DNA from: Balanoglossus misakiensis
Taxonomy: Eukaryota; Animalia; Hemichordata
NCBI GenBank assembly: GCA_040954595.2
Contig: CM082593.2
Coordinates: 5,907,434-5,971,433, forward strand
Reading direction: 5' to 3'
Length of the DNA stretch: 64,000 nucleotides
This document shows positions 38,884 through 51,281 of the stretch, piece after piece. Numbering within the stretch: the stretch's first letter is position 1; each line of letters opens with the position of its first letter. Both the position numbers and the translations under genes were made by a program. The notes beneath the pieces are model-generated. The model saw nothing but the letters and a program-made list of their open reading frames with translations, made no database searches and was not told where the DNA came from.

Positions 38884-41800
38884 CTAAAATGTTTCCGGTA
38901 GAGTGTTATCAAAAATGTATATATATTTTTATTTCTGTCCAAGTGCGTTCACTTTCCGAATGCCACTTGCCGCCAAGCGATGCGTTCTACCACGTCATCA
39001 ATGGCAACAGGAAATTTAAACAGTTCGATTTCCAAACATCCGCGTGAAGCAAATTACATTCCGCCAACCCATACAAAGCGGTAGTGAGATTTAAAAATAG
39101 AGTTTTGATGTTAATATAGAACGATATATCAGGCTGTCTCTCCTTGGACAGGTTCTATCGGGTTTCCCGTGGCAATGAAAGGGTTTCCCGCGCTGTAAAT
39201 AGCATCTCTTTTTGAAGCCAATACACGATTCAAAACCTCAGTAACTGCATCATTAGTTTGCGCTGAGACGAATATTTCTTACATCAAGGTGTACTTGTCG
39301 CAGGTTTGCGTATGTATAGGTCTATGTTCTGTCAAATTTTGCCTTACTTGTGTACCTTTTAAGTACAACTTGATAATGTGCACCAATCATGACATTCCTT
39401 ACTAACATAACAGTTTGATAAACAATTGTTTTTTTCACTGGGTTTCACATGCTATGTCCCAGTATATCTTAGTTGTAGGGCCGACCTCAGTATTATCGTG
39501 TGCACGCTGCAAAATATGCTAATGAGCATCGGCGTGATCCAAATATGGTAATTATAGAAGGGAGTTAATTTTGTCGTGATTGTCGTGTTTTGCTGGCAGG
39601 GACACAATTTCACGTTTACAATCCACATCGCTGTCGATAAAAAAATAGCATGCTAATGGTCTTCAATAAGGCCTTGGCACGACAAGTTCCGAATTCAACA
39701 GGCCATCTTTACAGCCAGAAGCTGGCGATTGGTCAAACCGAATCACGTGATCCGCCTGCCCTATCACGCGGAGCGAGAGAAACAACAGCCTCGACAGTCT
39801 CGTTTCTGACACTTTGACACGGCTACCGATCAGTCAATGTCCCATTTTTGGAAAAGTTGCTATTTTGAGGGCGTAATCAATTGTGGAATAGAAAAAGATG
39901 CCCTGCTCATGTTCTCCTCATTATGCCTCGCGTGTGCGAGTGTATTTTCGTATTCGAAAGTGGTCGATTGTGTGACCGCCCAAAATAGAACGAAAAAGTA
40001 CCGTGCATTTTGCAGTAGCCCCAGAACAGCATCAATCACACGGACACAATTGGATCCATATTTTAAGTGGATCTGTCAGCTCCATTGTGCTACTGGTGAT
40101 TGTCGTCCACCTGTTTCCCCATTTTGTCCATCGTCGGCTCGTTTGCTGTTGGAAGGATTGGTACGGCCAATCACCATAGGGTGTTGTTGTTTTTTCTTCC
40201 CCATGAAGACATTCATACCTAATATAAACTACACTGCGTGCCCACACACCAATATTTTAAAGGCAGTCTCTTTCAAGAAATTGCTGTTGCGGATGGGCGT
40301 TGAATACCTTCTTGTGGTGTAGTGCATACCTGAACACTCGTTTGGGTGCTAAATGGGAAATTGCTGTGTTTACTACAATATTTATTTCGTGAGTTCGCCG
40401 AACACACGACACGGGCAAATACACACGGGGTTGACACACATGATATGCGCGTGTTAGATATGCTAAGACCATACGCTTGCCATGGTCTTAGCTTGTATAA
40501 GGCAATGAGTAAGCGAACAGGACAATTTCTACGTCTAATTTTAAGCAGAATTGATCAATGGCCATCTCATTATGAGAGTTTTTTGTGTACCACAGATCGG
40601 TAAGACGGTCAACGCCCAGAGCGCGGCGTGCCTTTGTTTGCGACATTCGTGAAAATAACATTCAGACTCTTCAAAAGCTATTTTCTCTAATAGGGAACGC
40701 CCTCGCGGAGTTCTTTGCAAGCACCAGCACCGAGGGTTGTGTATCAACCCGTAGTTTCTTGTTCAAATCCCCAAAAGCGTCGCGGACTGCCCATTATCCA
40801 GCTAATGAACGCGGCGCGTTCAGTCGGTATTGTTAATGTTAAAGTTGTAGAAAATTGAATTCCGGTCAGGACTTGAATTCAATAACAATGGTCGTTGAAA
40901 AAAACCTATGTTGACGAGCATGGTAGTAGTAGAGTCGGCAATGTAAATAGTACAGATATAGAGATGGCAGTTAACTACATGTAGGCCTAAATGGTTGATT
41001 TACAAATATACTGTCGCAGTAATGGACTTTTAAAGGACCGAAATCGATCGATCGAAATTGTTCTTCTCGAAGGTTGTATACGCCTCTGTACTAGTACATG
41101 TTGGAATACACCTTCACATGCATTTTTATGCTGTCCGCTCTTAAAATTCGAGTTAAGATTTTTCTTTAAGTGCTTCCAATCGTTTTTGTATCAGTGTATT
41201 CTGTGGACACCAACACTCCGAATTAAAGTAAAATAATTTTCATAAACGGTGTTAGTTACGCATGCGCAGGTTACAACTCCATACCTGAGTATTTCAACGA
41301 ACTCTATGGCAAGTCGGAAATTTAAAAGAAAGTTATGGCGACAAAAGTAAACTTCCTGAAGATAAAAACAATAAATAAATGATGAGTAACAGAGATTTCA
41401 ATAATTGATATGCTTCACAGATAAATAAAATAATGTTAAATTGATGTTCGTGATGACATCAAACTGCTACGTAAGCTATCGTTAATTCTCGTGGAAAGTT
41501 TGCGAGGCCATCCTTCAATGCTCAGCGGACAGTCATTCGAAACAGATGCCAAATCCTGATGTACATTTATGTTTTTTTACTGCCGCATCGCCCAGTCTTG
41601 TTGGCAAACAGCAAGCCGCTTAATGTATTATAATTTTAGAATCATCCCCCCGTGCAGCCCTGAGTCTCCGATTCATGGGGTGACGATAATAGATCAAATG
41701 TGCCGATCGATCATTATCTATCATCATTCTAAACCCATTTATGAATTTTATCATTTTGGCGATCATTTTGGAGGCCATCAGAAGGACACGCCTCGCCTGA

Positions 41801-44800
41801 CAGACGAAACGGGGTTTAATGGAGAGCTTTACCGAGGGTCATTCAATCGTTGAAACCCGTTTTGATAGGTTGTAAAATACTGTTTAACTGTTTTTAGTGG
41901 ACAATATGCTAATTTCTTCCCTCCAGTCGGCCCCGGTATAAGTGACCCCTCCTGCCATATGTCGCAGTCCTTATTAATACCAGCGTAATGTATTTCATGG
42001 GCCTTTGTAAGATAAAGCACTTCCAAAATTAACTTTAATCGGAGTCTTTTTTACGACCCGCAAAAATCCATCAATGCACAGGCAGGCCTGGTTGACAGGG
42101 TTGCAACTTTTCAAGGGCTTTGCAGTTTTGCAAGTGGGTCGTGGTTCGAGTTGGTGAATTTGGTGCTTCGGCGGAAGGTCGTCTTGGTAACAGGTCGGGG
42201 CAACACACTCGATAGATGGTCACATTCTCTCTCGGGTGTTTTCTGTCACATCGCACAGAAATCTGATGACAGAAGCTGATTGATGGGGTCTAGTGCTGAC
42301 GGTGAAATATTGCCCACAGGCGAGATGGCCCTCGTCTTGTTTGGGAGTTTGTCAGAAAATATGACTGCGCAGAGGCGTCTGTGTGCTCATTCAAACTCAG
42401 TCGTATATTTCAACAGCGGTGTTTTATGACATGTATTTTATGTGTAATGGTTATATTTTCTATCGCTGTCATGAATATATGCAGCGGTTGACATCATCAC
42501 AGACGACGAAGGCGACATTCAGCGCATCACAAGTGCCCCTGAGTCCTTTCTTTGTTTTAAGCTAACCATAAATTGACTAATTTATGACTTTTTTTAATTG
42601 ATCTATTTCTATCAAGAGTCCGTGAGCGCTGTACTGTGCCGAGGGATTTGCATTTTCGGTTCTTTTTTGATGACGTCACTTTTCGCGTCGTGGAAGTTCG
42701 GGAGAAAAAGCTCTCCGCTTCGGAAAACTTGAAATTTGGATGGTTAAATCGACGGGACGCTCGGCTAACCGCGCTTTGGAACCGCGAGAAAAAATATGAA
42801 GCCAGAGACAAAGTAAATACTGTGTCTTGCCATGATATACGGGTTGGACACGAATTTGCCCCGGGCACTGTGGCCCTGTAGCCTTGGGGGCTCTCGCCCC
42901 TCCCTGTCGAATGAATACCCCTAATGGCAGAAGACGACCCCCTCTGTATACAGTGTGGCTATATCCAGTATTGTACTGAAGGTATGATTAACGCACGTCC
43001 AAAACATCCCATGCCCACCCCGTCGTCGTAAATAAAGCCGAATAAAAAACACGACAGAGAAATTTATGTGTAAAATGTAGCATTATACAGTCACCAGGTT
43101 CGCCGTGAAATGTCTTAGTGTAGAAAACAAGCAAATCAGTGCAGATCACAGATTAGACAGAATTGTGCCGAAATAACCTCAACTCAACACGAAATTTTTT
43201 CAAGAAGATGAAAAGACTTTATCATCAAGGTAGAAACTTGAAAATTGATGAACACCTTTGATTGACTCCGGAGATTTACAGCTATGGTAGCACTTTGACA
43301 GGGCTCAGTTTTGTTGAAATTGATGTCTTTTAGCAATTAATGTTCTAGTTTTTGTTTTGATCTCGTGTGTCTCGTTGAGTGATATAATTTATCGTAGATT
43401 TTATCGGTGCCTCGGCGTAATGTGAATTTATTGCTCGATCGCTAGAAGAAAGCACGATTGCGAGGGATGCCCATGTGAAACAGGTCGGTGTTTTCCGCCA
43501 TTGCAAATATGGTAGTACTCAGGCAAAGCGCCTGTCTATCTTGGTAACGTGCAAAAAGAGGGCCCTGTTGATCCGTTGACGTTAAGTTTTAATGAAATAC
43601 ATACTAACAAAAAATTTTAAATTGTATTGACCACACACCATAATGCTTATGTCAAGGAATGGATTGGCCGTTGTGTCGAAGACATGTTTTCACATGCTTT
43701 GGGTCCAGAACTTTTGTGAGTTGTCAATGTCATCTTTAGACTCGCAACTAGCGTTGAATCTACGTTGTATCTGATTCCTCGTTCTATGGCAACTGCTTTG
43801 TTTTCATGATTCCAATTTGCAAACGACTACCACTGTAGGGTGCTGTCAACACCTCAAAGCGACGCAAAATGGAGTCTTCGATGGTCCTCCATCACAAGAA
43901 TATACCGCGCACAGCTAGGTAACATTTGGCGACGTCATAATTTGAGATTTTGGAACGCTGGATGTATTCACTGGATCTATATCCGAAACGGGTAATCTGA
44001 TCCCGTTGCTATCCTAGGGATCAGGTTGTGCTCAGAAGCCAGGTCGCCCTAATTACGTCTAAATAATATCGGACCACTGTTATTACGATAACATCGTTGG
44101 CCGAGAGTTTTCTGTCTGTAAATTTATCCCCGCACCAACCAAATCAATAATACACAAGAAAGAAAGAAATTAAATAAACAAAATGGATTTCCTCGTTGGC
44201 TGTAACATCGTATTTGTTAAATGAGTCAAGTTACCCATGACCCCTGTCCATGACTGTTCGTTTTAGATGGTAAACAGAGTGTATCAGATCTGTTCCTATG
44301 CAACGTAGAAACTGTAATTTTCTGAAGGTCTCCGCGATGGTTTACTTATGAATATGTAGCCAGGCTTTTCATCCCCGTGTCTCGATGTCGTCTTGTACTC
44401 AACCAAGTACACGATGTATGGATTTGAACCGCTTAATGATAGTATCTATAGTCTTACAAGCATGAAAGGGTCGCATTTTGCATAGTCGTTGAGTCACTAA
44501 CTCTTGTTACGCTACGCTACACTAATAGCGTCGGTGGTGCGGCACGACGATGGTTTCTGCAAAGGAGACCAGGGCATCAGAAATGGCGAAATTATTAATT
44601 ATTAGTATTAATGCGTTCGTTTTGTGATAAATGGCCGTGCAGTCGGATGTTTTACTGAAATCGTTACTGGTTTACACTGGAAGAGCATCCGGTGATCGCG
44701 AAGAGCTTTTTTCCAAACAAGTTCTGGTGATCTATTGGCGATATTTTGCCATTTTTACTTGCAATCGCGTTTGATATATATTGAGCGGGTAATCCTCTCA

Positions 44801-45935
44801 CCTAGATGCAAATGTCCGTTCACGACAACTGCTTCGGTCAGATCCAGTTCTTTTTGTACAATCCACAAAAAGAAGAGCATTTTGCCGCATGATATAAAGT
44901 ATTTAGAGTCAATGCATTTCAAATTCAAGAATATTTCAAATTCAAAATGGCTGACAAAGCGAAAAATTCGAATCGTTTGCTTTGAAAAATAGGACTGTTA
45001 TAGACCTGGCCTGGCGTTTTCAGTTTGTCAAAATGTTACAATAGTTAATTAAATATAGGGAAGGGTGGGGAAACGACATCCAATCTGATCAAAACGGGTC
45101 CCAGAGGAGCTTATCGTCGTTAACGACTTCGACCTTCAAGTTGAAGTGTACCTTTTCAAGTCACAAGGGGAAAATACACGAATCATCTTAATTAATTTGC
45201 CGGAATCCGTGACATCAATTACTGAAAGTGGGGTAGAAGTTGATGATCAGCTGAGTCCTGCCTTCATCGACATTGGAAAATTGTAAAACAGGAAAAAACA
45301 ACATGAGAACTCGTGATACATTTATCGAACATTTTAATACCAAAAATACTATTATAATAATACATAGCCTAAAACTCTGGGGATAGGAAAAGTGATTTAT
45401 ATGGTTGAATACCATGTCCATGATGGTATATTCAAAGATTCTGACGTCATAATACAAAAATACCAATGTTCACCAAAATACAGTTCAAACGAATATATTT
45501 AATATGAAATTAGTAAAGAGTGTGCCAGTTTTAATAAAATGCAAATTTTAGAGGCAACCGAACAGTGTCGCTTGTCAAAAGGGGTCATGGTGGGTCACTT
45601 ACTGTACAAGTTTTTTTAATTTTTAAAGTTACATTTAATAAAGTTATGTCGGCTACAACTTAGAATACTAAGATCGAGAAATTAAATAGTATGTAAATGT
45701 CAGAACGAAGAATACTTGTTGTTATTTGAACAAGCCAAAGAGAGTCTGTCCCGTGCTTTTGAAAGAAAAGCAAGCACACACTTGAAACACTTTCTGAAAA
45801 CAGGACAAAACTTCCAACACAATGTTCTGCTGCAAACGGCAGAATTTGGTGCAACATAAAATGGTAAACTTTTTTTGATAATATTTACATCATTCGAAAG
45901 CGGTGATTATTATTTTTTTTTTATTTTTTTTTGCT

Positions 45936-48392
45936 TCAGTGCGGTACAGCTGTGGGCAGCCTTTGTTTTAGATCGAAGTATTGGTAAGGGGAGTAATAGG
46001 CAGCTGTCGGCAGCGGAATAGAACTGTACGCGGCAGCTGCCGGCGAGGCAGCTGGTCCGAGGCCGCTGGTTTTATAAGGGTGGTAGCGCAGCGTGCTGAG
46101 GGGACTCAGCGCGCCACCTGTTAGGCTGGGTCTGGTCAGGGCAGTGGCCGGACTGGCCGCGGCGGACGCGTAATAGAAGTGGCACGGGTTCAGGGCGCCG
46201 GCGATGGAGGTGGCGATGGCGTGTGTCGATAGGCTCTCGCTGCTCGACATGGTGTGAGTCCGCAAGTGCTGCAAGAGCTCCTCGCTGGTGGCGAAACGCT
46301 TGCCGCAACTCGTCGCCCCGGAGACCCAGTTGCACACGTGATCACGCCCCGGTGCCATCTGGGTGGCTGCCGGCAGGGTCATGGTATGCGGGTACAAGTA
46401 GGATGGCGTTGTGGAGGCTCCGTGGTTCGGGAAAGCGTATGTGGTGGGGAAGTGGGTTCCTGCCAGTGGTAACGCGATGGGAATTGCGCCGTTGATGCCT
46501 GGTATCGAGGGTGTGTCGTGTCGACACTGGGTACAGTTAGCCGCTGCAGCCGACAGCTGAGCGTTCTGACAGTTTTTGCAAAAAGGGTCACTACAAATTG
46601 GCATTAGAGTCGTTCCTCCGTCGCTTGTCCTCACACGAGCGTACGCGGCGGTATAGGGCGCCGACGCAGCCATGATGGGGCTGCCACCGAGACTGTTCTT
46701 CGACGGTGTACAATGCGCTGCCGCTGCAGCCATGGCAGCCCTCATAGTTGGGCTGGCTGAGTTCGGGTCCGATACAAGTGGTATTGCGTGTCCGATAACT
46801 TGTGGGGTACATCCGCAGTGGCTGGTGGCCGGGGCTGGCACAGTTCCCGCGGCGGGCACAGGCACTAATGTCGGTGGGGCTTGGAGACCGGCCACTGGGC
46901 TGCCTTCTCCCTTGTATGCGTTGCTCGACTGGACTTTGCTGCTCGACTCGTGGTGGTTCACCTCGACGTGCATACTGCCACAGCTAAGGCTGATTCCGGT
47001 GTGACTGATATGGTTGGCACTGGGGCTGCTCGACGGCGGGCTGTGGCAACTTTTCGGGGACGACGCCGCCGAGTTGGTCGCCGGTTCTCTCTTGTGCGGG
47101 GATGCGGCGGCCGCGGGCTTTCCGTCACTGCGCGAAGTTGGCGTTACCGCGGTAACGGGCGACGACGACGTGCGACCTTTGGACGTCGGGTAGATCAGTT
47201 TGGTGATCTCAGCATCCCCCTCGCGGATTTCGGTCTGCTTGTAAGGCGTGAACGACGACCTGCTGCTCCCGGTAACGCTGACTGAAGTGTTAGTTTTCTC
47301 GCTGGCCGAAGTACTCTTACTCGTCAGCGATTCAAAGGTTTGCTTCGTGTCGGAGCTGACGTTGGACGGTCGCGGAGGGTCCGGCTTCCCAATGCTGCTG
47401 CACGTCTGCGCCAGTAACGCCAGCGGACTTTTCTTGGCATCATACTGTAAATAAAGAGTGAGAAAAGAAAATTAGCCCGACTTAGGTCTCGAGCGAAAGA
47501 TATTTCATCGTATTTTAACGACTGGGCCGAGTGGTAAAGGGTGCGTAGGCCTCATAAATCTTAGTGTCGTAGAGTCAAGAGGGAGAAATATATCATGATC
47601 GCTTTTCACAGACACCGTGCACAAAGATACCCACGTAGCACTGTTAAAAATAATACGATAGCGACTTTTAGTTTCAGTGGCCACAGTTTCTACAATTCTC
47701 GTCCAAGCATACAGATTTGGTTAAAATCAACCACTTCATAAATAAAATGGCCTGGGAACGAGCGTTTGGCTCCATTCGCAGTCTCTAAATTTAGACACGT
47801 TGTACTTTTATCCCATGCAAACGCCCAACAATCGCGAAATAATGTGGGTAGTTGTTATTTTCGTACTCTCAAAATGTCGTGTTTTGTTATTTAGGCATTT
47901 TAAAGGCCGGGATACGAACAGAGTTGATCATATTATCGGTTCTGTGCGTTTCCATACTGGTACCATGAAATGGGTCCATTAGATGTATTGCGCACGCGAA
48001 ACCTGTATTTTTTTTAAAACACCGAACACATTTAGAACTGAAATCGACAGACAGAGCGTCGCTACACGGCATAATGGCAATAACAAACACGTTAAATCCG
48101 TAAATAGTACCATTAATATGTGATGGTTTTCGAATGGGGAAAATGGTGAAACGCGGTACATAGCGAGTAATACCGAGTTCACATCGTTGTATACTGGACA
48201 GACAGTGGATTGTAAACTTACCGTTGGCGGAGTCGGGAGCGGCTGCAGATATTCCGTGTGTAAAATGTGCTGGGATCGTGCGCTCAACATCTTGATGGCT
48301 CGAATTGGAATTCGCTTTGCCTGTCTCTCTGGATCCGATCGTGGTTTTTCTTCGTAATTTTCCAATGGTTTCACCAGAGCAAAATTGCTCAT
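45936..48392 (-). CDS. ZNF503: NET-family (Noc/Elbow/Tlp-1, Nlz) zinc-finger repressor, ZNF503/ZNF703 homolog, about 559 aa; exons 48392-48222 and 47444-45936
   Basis: Exon 1 encodes SDPERQAKRIPIRAIKMLSARSQHILHTEYLQPLPTPPT and ends at GTAAGT. A phase-0 intron ends ttacag, then YDAKKSPLALLAQTCSSIGKPDP (Sp motif). Also present: SCGSMHVEVNHH, Btd box CSDPFCKNC, finger CNWVSGATSCGKRFATSEELLQHLRTH, and C-terminal LRYHPY and YYSPY. Exon 2 was checked open and is in frame with the track ORF. Confidence 0.96.
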
Positions 48393-48660
48393 GACCTGAC
48401 AGCACTGATCGCTAGGCAAGAATGCGCTGGTTTGCTCGAAACCACACAAGTTTCCCTGTGAAGCATGCCGCCCCTCCAGACAACACACAAAAACACAAAT
48501 TTGCCGACAACACTTCAACTTCCAGCAGTGAATTACTGCCGAGATGAAAGCTGGCCACCGACAGCCAACCAGACTTGACAAATGGAGCGCATCGCCGACG
48601 CGATTCGTCGGCGCTTCAACGTAGCTGTCAAAATGACGAGAAGCCGACAGTTACTCGTCA

Positions 48661-48830
48661 CCACGCCCCGCCCGTCTTATTATCATCCACCAATTACAGG
48701 CGATTACAAGGAATACATTTTGGCACAATTCCAGGCAGTGATCAGAGTGTGTAATCAATCATTTCTATGTGATGGCTGTCAATCGTCTCTGATATATGTC
48801 ACCCATTGTTGATGATTACATGGCCTGGGT
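48661..48830 (-). promoter_or_regulatory. Probable proximal promoter region of the NET gene
   Basis: GC box CCACGCCCCGCCC 48661-48673; Pbx-Hox-type TAATCAATCA 48752-48761; Meis/Pbx CTGTCAATC 48776-48784; Sox CATTGTT 48804-48810. Confidence 0.45.
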
Positions 48831-50794
48831 AATTTGAAAAAGTTTTTTTCAAAAGGCCAGTGAATCGCCGAAAGTAAATCGGCCTGTGTGAGCTCAATTT
48901 GTCCGACAACAAAGGGGATCCCGCTAACTGCAGTATGCCACACTTAACGCCGTATTTATTGATGCGGACTTGCATTTAGGCAAACACAGTGACGAAGGTT
49001 AAAATGTTTTGTGTAGAGAAGGCTCCCTGAGTATTGTATGTACCATGTCGGCAAGCTTCAAAGGGCTGCCACCCTATCGAGATGCTTATCGCTTATCAAT
49101 CAATCAATCTGTAGCGAGCAGGGTGTTTTGAAACAGATGGGAATTGACGTGTTGAAAGATCTGACAAGACGATGTTGACAGCTAGCTCAGACGAGCGGCG
49201 AACTTCAAAGCGCCGCGTCTTAAGATGCGTATCTGCCGCAATAAACACTGGCCCGTTTCTTATCTCGTTGATGACGGACCGAGATAATGCCAGTCCAACC
49301 TAAACTTTATATTTCGTCAAGTGTCCACAGAAAAGGGGTGACTTTGACTGATGGCTGTAGGCCTGCTGTCAGTGGATGAGCGAGTGTGTGGCGGCGAAGT
49401 CGTCAAACGGTGTCTTTCAAAAATATTAGCTTGCTCAGGGCAGTTTTTGTAGGGAGAATTGATCGGTGCCGTTTTGTTTGACAGCGTTCGGCGGTGAAAC
49501 TACAGATGCATTAGCCGGGATTGGGGGCTGGGTGCAGGAGACAGCGATATTTCGGGCCACACAGACTCTCGAACAGTCCGCGGTCACTCTTTCGTCGTGC
49601 CGGCGTTTTGCGAGTGACGCATCAAAATATCAGCGGAAAATTGATCAGTCCCATTTGTCTGTTGTCGTTTTTTTCTCGCTCGCTCGCCAAAACCGTTGTG
49701 AAACCAGGCGTCTATCTGGAACTCTCGGCAGCGTCTGCCAGTCGGCTCGGTTTGAGGGGAAAAGCGGTGGAATTGTAGCGCATACGTGATTTAAAATCGT
49801 TGGATGTCATGGGTTACAGCTGCTGCCGTATCTTTATTATACGGCAAAAAAGATTGAATTTCAGAATAATTGGACCGCGCTATGTTTTGAAGCGGTGTGG
49901 GGGAAGCTAGGAGTCTCTCTGGCAATTGTGACGGGAGAGAAAGGGAGCCAGCTCCTTGAATCGTGCCCACGTCAGCGGTGTATAATACGAGTAGCGCTGA
50001 TCGCAGGCAATACTATAGTGTCGGCAAGTATCAAAGCCGGGCCGATTCAATCAGTCCTGTACACTTTTCTCTTCAATTTCTCATGGCGGAAATGCATTTG
50101 TGAAAAATCTAACACTCTCCAAGGAACGCGACGTAGCCTTAAGCTGAACACTTGTATAAGGTTGAAATTCGTCTGTGAAAGGCACCAAATTACACTAATA
50201 AGGCATCTATGGTGTGCCAAAAACAACAATTAGAAGAGCTCTGTGAAATATTGCGCAGAGATGGCAAATTGTTTTGTTGCGTAGACAGCTTTAGTGCTTG
50301 GTATTCCTTTGAAGTCGCCGACTGGCGGTGTACACAGAAAGGTTGATCAAGTAGAGAGTAAATCTATGTCTATCAGACACGTCACTTCGAACAATACGAT
50401 TATTAGACGGGCCCTCCCACTCTATTTATCAACCGGGTTTTGTACTAGACTGGCGTTCACGCTGCGCTTAGCCCCACACAATAACAACATTCCGTACACA
50501 GAAAGAACCGACAGACAGCCATCTCCAAAAATACTCCAAAAATCGAAGCTCTGATTGGGGAGCAAAACAGGCATGAAAACGAAGGCTTTGATCACGCCAG
50601 CGACTACCGTCACGGTGCTCTCGTGTATCGACTGACGATTGACGGATGGATTGAGCGCAGTTTGGCACGTAGCCAGCGAGGAATTCTCACCATGGCGTGA
50701 AAAATGTCGTATTTTTCATGCGGGTTTTTTTTTTTACGTCTGTAGTAAAAATGTTTAATGCATGGCCGGATGTGAACTGTCCCGTCGTTACGAT

Positions 50795-50960
50795 CAGAAT
50801 GATTTATGGCCCTTCACACTTTATTGTGTGTGTCACATCCTGACTGATTACAGATATTTTAGTAGTCCATAAGCACGCCCTCTCATGGTCATTTGTGTGT
50901 ATAGGGTCAGTGACGGACAAGCGCGGCGCCTTTGAGGTCATCACTCATTGCACCTCGATA
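50795..50960. promoter_or_regulatory. Candidate conserved upstream enhancer of the NET gene (possible Bicore2 ortholog)
   Basis: TGATTTATGG 50800-50809; GCGCGGCGCC 50921-50930 overlapping CCTTTGAG 50929-50936; then GGTCATCACTCATTGCAC 50936-50953. About 2.5 kb upstream of the ATG. Confidence 0.45.
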
Positions 50961-51208
50961 CCAAATACACGTCATCGAATGATACCACGTTTTAAAAATC
51001 ACTGGTATTTCTCACATGCTTTCAGATAACTCCAAAAGCGGTTTCGCGAGGCCGACCACCGAAACCAGTTCACACTTTTCAGCGGTCGTCAGCAACATTT
51101 GATACAAAGAATTTCCACTTTCCATAATTAATATTCAATCAATCAAGTTTTTAAAAAAAATTAGCGTTACAGTATACCAGTTTTGAAAGATGGGCTTAGG
51201 TATTGTTT

Positions 51209-51281
51209 CCGTCGTTTATAAAAAAATGCAATTATATTTGCATTCTCCATCGTTTATAAAATGCAATTATTTTTGCAATCT
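51209..51281. repeat. ~36-bp imperfect tandem duplication
   Basis: ccgtcgtttataaaaaaatgcaattatatttgcattct followed by ccatcgtttataaaatgcaattatttttgcaatct. Confidence 0.8.

Noticed and set aside
39160-39190. GGGTTTCCCG twice, 21 bp apart (Rel-like)
   Set aside because: Imperfect kappaB match with no supporting context.
47142-47157. 16-bp perfect palindrome CGTTACCGCGGTAACG inside the NET CDS
   Set aside because: No loop and encodes ordinary low-complexity residues; no evidence of function.
47887-48581. Track ORFs of 172 aa and 200 aa
   Set aside because: Only 48392-48222 of the 200-aa ORF is NET exon 1. The rest is leader (TTG start) and intron read-through, and the 172-aa ORF is an alternative frame.
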